A stretch of 59,519 bases of DNA from Bacteroidales bacterium (GTDB taxonomy: Bacteria; Bacteroidota; Bacteroidia; Bacteroidales; JAADJA01): assembly GCA_047920975.1 (NCBI GenBank), contig JBLRXC010000004.1, positions 1-59,519 of the forward strand. The letters run 5' to 3'. This document shows positions 56,564 to 59,519 of this stretch, in pieces; position 1 is the first letter of the stretch, and each line of letters begins with the position of its first letter. A model generated the notes under the pieces. It made no database searches, had not been told where the DNA came from, and worked only from the letters and a program-made list of their open reading frames with translations. The position numbers and the translations under genes are program-made.

Positions 56564-58654
56564 ATGCTTAAAAATCTTTACATTGCGGCAGCAGAAGCTG
56601 AATCAGGGAAATCACTGATCACAATGGGTATTATGGATCTGTTGTCGCGTCACGTGAAAAGGCTTGGTTTCTTCAGGCCAATCGTTACCACGGATGGAAA
56701 ATCAGACCACGATATTGGTCTTGTATCGAAACGCATACAGCTTCCTTTTACTCCGGATGAAATGTATGGATTGAAGAGTGCTGATGCCCTTGACCTGCTG
56801 CAGGAAAACAAAGTTGATGAACTGTTTACGGCAGTGCTCGACAAATACAAAAAACTGGAATCGAAATGCGACTTCATCGTCTGCGAGGGGACAGACTTCA
56901 CCGGAACGCTCAGGCCTTTTGAATTTGAATTCAACACCCGCCTGGCCAACAACCTGGGTGCTCCTGTACTTGCTGTGGTGAATGGCTTTCAGAAAAGCGT
57001 AACAGACATTGCGGATGTCACGCAAATGATCCGGTCAGTACTTGTCCGTGAAAAGTGCAATTATATTGGAATGTTTGTCAACCGCGCCAACAAAAACCAT
57101 ACGGAAGCCATCCGGGAGGTACTCACGCGTTTTCAGGATGACGGAGAAATTGATTTCATCATACCCGAACTTGATCTGCTTCAGAAACTTACCATTCGCC
57201 AAATCGTAAGGGCACTGAAAGCTGAAAAGATTTACGGCGATGACAATGCCCTGGATTATGATGTGGATGATTTTAAAGTGGGTGCAATGGGCGTTGCCCG
57301 GATTTTAAAAAGTACCGAAAGCGGATCACTGGTCATCACACCCGGCGACAGGACAGATGTCCTGATAACGCTCTTTATGACCCTCGTCTCTGATAATTAC
57401 CCTAAAATTGCCGGAATCATATTAACGGGAGGAATTGACCCGGATCCGGAGCTTGTCCGCCTGATGCATGGCATTAAAAAAATGCCCATCTCCATATTCA
57501 AGGTCGCGACCGATACTTTCGATACAACCATCAACCTGACCAGGATAAAACCATTGCTCTCACCTGACAATGATCGCCGCATGGCCGTCGCTCTGGGTCA
57601 TTTTGAGATGAATGTCGACGGAAAACGGTTAATAGACCGCATTGCCCTTACACCTGCCGGAGTGATGACACCCATCATGTTTGAATACCAGCTTTATGAA
57701 CGCGCCGGGACTAAAAGGAAACACATTGTACTACCTGAAGGTTTGGATGAACGCATTCTGAGGGCATCTGAAATTTTGTTGAGGCGCGATGTGGTTGAAC
57801 TTACCCTACTTGGGAATGAAGAGGAGATCCTGAGAAAAGCTGAATCATTGCACCTGAAAATAGATGGTGCGGGCATCATTGATCCTTATGATAATGACCT
57901 GATCAACGATTATGCTGCAACATATTACCGTCTCCGGAAACACAAAGGGATCACCAGGGACCAGGCACATGAAACGATGCTGGATGTGAGTTACCTTGGA
58001 ACGATGATGGTGTATAAAGGCCATGCCAACGGGATGGTGTCAGGGGCAGCCCACACAACACAGCATACTATAAGGCCGGCATTTGAATTCATCAAAACAA
58101 AACCGGGCTTTTCTATTGTATCGAGTTCATTCCTGATGTGTTTCGACGACAGGGTATTGGTTTATGCCGATTGCGCCTTCAACCCCAATCCGAATGCAGA
58201 TGAACTGGCCGATATTGCCGTCAGTTCAGCCGATACGGCCATCGCTTTTGGTATTGAACCGCGGATTGCCATGCTCTCCTACTCTACCGGTTCATCAGGC
58301 AAGGGAGCAGACGTTGAGAAGGTCCGGGCTGCTACAGAAATCGCACGCAAGCGCCGCCCCGATCTGAAAATTGAAGGACCCATCCAGTACGATGCCGCCA
58401 TTGACCCGACAGTCGCCCGTCAAAAAATGCCGGGCAGCGAAGTCGCCGGCAGGGCTACCGTTTTTATTTTCCCCGACCTGAACACCGGAAACAACACCTA
58501 CAAAGCGGTGCAGCGGGCTTCCGGCGCTATTGCTGTGGGTCCGGTTTCGCAGGGTTTGAATAAACCGGTAAACGATCTCAGCCGTGGCTGTACTGTTAAA
58601 GATATAGTAAATACGGTGCTGATCACAGCCATTCAGGCGCAAATGGCAGGCTAA
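56564..58654 (+). CDS. pta: Phosphate acetyltransferase, long form (AAA_26, DRTGG, PTA_PTB)
   Basis: ESGKS, TPGDRTD/LTGG, IVLPEG, VSGAAHTT, DCA.NPNP, MLSYSTG, FPDLNTGNNTYKAVQR, PVNDLSRG; TATCTTTG at 56526-56533. Confidence 0.96.
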   Translation: MLKNLYIAAAEAESGKSLITMGIMDLLSRHVKRLGFFRPIVTTDGKSDHDIGLVSKRIQLPFTPDEMYGLKSADALDLLQENKVDELFTAVLDKYKKLESKCDFIVCEGTDFTGTLRPFEFEFNTRLANNLGAPVLAVVNGFQKSVTDIADVTQMIRSVLVREKCNYIGMFVNRANKNHTEAIREVLTRFQDDGEIDFIIPELDLLQKLTIRQIVRALKAEKIYGDDNALDYDVDDFKVGAMGVARILKSTESGSLVITPGDRTDVLITLFMTLVSDNYPKIAGIILTGGIDPDPELVRLMHGIKKMPISIFKVATDTFDTTINLTRIKPLLSPDNDRRMAVALGHFEMNVDGKRLIDRIALTPAGVMTPIMFEYQLYERAGTKRKHIVLPEGLDERILRASEILLRRDVVELTLLGNEEEILRKAESLHLKIDGAGIIDPYDNDLINDYAATYYRLRKHKGITRDQAHETMLDVSYLGTMMVYKGHANGMVSGAAHTTQHTIRPAFEFIKTKPGFSIVSSSFLMCFDDRVLVYADCAFNPNPNADELADIAVSSADTAIAFGIEPRIAMLSYSTGSSGKGADVEKVRAATEIARKRRPDLKIEGPIQYDAAIDPTVARQKMPGSEVAGRATVFIFPDLNTGNNTYKAVQRASGAIAVGPVSQGLNKPVNDLSRGCTVKDIVNTVLITAIQAQMAG

Positions 58655-58678
58655 GTTTTTGACTTCATGATCGCGTTA

Positions 58679-59170
58679 TCATTTCCTTTCGTAAATCACA
58701 TACGAATATGGATATGGATTTGCTTCACCTGTGGCCGCAACATCCTCCTTTGAAACCTCCCGCCACTCGTAATGGTTGATCTCAGGGAAATAAGTATCCG
58801 CTTCAAAATCATGGTGAATCCAGGTGATGTATAATTTATCGGCATGAGCCAAAAACTGCCTGTAAATGGAAGCGCCACCAATGATGAAGTTTTCGTTTTC
58901 AGGCTCCATTTTCGCAATGGCATCGTCAATGGAATAAGCCATAATGCAATCATCAATCTGCTCGCCGGGTTTATCGGTTAAAATAATATGTCGGCGGTTC
59001 GGTAGTGGTCTTTTTGGCAAAGTGTAATAGGTGGTTCGACCCATAACTATGGTATGACCTGTTGTAATTCGCTTAAACCTTTTCAGGTCATCAGGCAGGT
59101 GACACAGGAGTTTGTTGTCCTTGCCAATGGCGTTGTTTCTGGCAACCGCAACAATGATGGATATTTTCAT
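58679..59170 (-). CDS. folA: Dihydrofolate reductase
   Basis: IIVAVARNNAIGKDNKL, DLKRFK, MGRTT, LPNRR, IIGGASIY, ADTYFP. Confidence 0.96.
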   Translation of the reverse strand: MKISIIVAVARNNAIGKDNKLLCHLPDDLKRFKRITTGHTIVMGRTTYYTLPKRPLPNRRHIILTDKPGEQIDDCIMAYSIDDAIAKMEPENENFIIGGASIYRQFLAHADKLYITWIHHDFEADTYFPEINHYEWREVSKEDVAATGEANPYPYSYVIYERK

Positions 59171-59367
59171 TTGTGGGACTCTTTAATGATAAATTTGATT
59201 GCGCTCATAAGTTGATGTTTCGGCCAAATTTAGAGATATTTTTTTAAAACAAAAGCGGATCTTCGGTTCCCAAATTTTCATACCGAACAATTTTGTTGGC
59301 ACCATCAATTGCTGTTAAAAAACAAGACGGTGGTAGACGTGGGCTAAAGATAGTTGTTTTTGTGGTT

Positions 59368-59514
59368 TTGTTAACCGGATGGCCATTCTTGCCAACCGGA
59401 TGCCCATTCTTGTTAACCGGATGCCCATTTCGGGTTAATCAATGCGCATTTTGGGTCAGTCAATGACCGATTTGAGTAACTCAATGCGGGTTTGAGTGAA
59501 CCGGACGGAGAATT
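59368..59514. repeat. Degenerate 21-bp tandem repeat, about 7 units, running to the window end
   Basis: TTGTTAACCGGATGGCCATTC / TTGCCAACCGGATGCCCATTC / TTGTTAACCGGATGCCCATTT, then more divergent units with the same period. Confidence 0.8.
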
Positions 59515-59519
59515 TTAGG

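Noticed and set aside
59368-59514. CRISPR array
   Set aside because: Contiguous 21-bp degenerate units without unique spacers.

Overview
Chromosomal window from a Bacteroidota (probably Bacteroidales-like) genome. The assignment rests on a SusC/SusD pair, T9SS C-terminal domains, TAnnTTTG promoters and the lack of obvious Shine-Dalgarno sites. Most of it is housekeeping or envelope genes (aconitase, pepE, gpmA, rpmB, mrdA-rodA, polyprenyl synthase, lptF-like, hisS, hutH, pta, folA). I saw no rRNA, tRNA, CRISPR array, integrase or transposase. The main points of interest are: (1) a four-helix-bundle (IVP/Avd-like) gene inside a sugar operon, bracketed by mutually inverted heptamer arrays; (2) a gene-less stack of about six different 7-8 bp arrays at 36.2-36.4 kb that looks like scars of the same kind of element; (3) a TreS-like / beta-PGM-GH65 fusion / orphan P-loop kinase / GH13 cluster that suggests a PTS-independent alpha-glucoside route; (4) a second ammonia-lyase with Ala-Cys-Gly instead of Ala-Ser-Gly at the MIO site; (5) a nested palindromic REP/MITE-like element; (6) a frameshifted methyltransferase. 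All product calls come from motif recognition by eye; no database searches were run.
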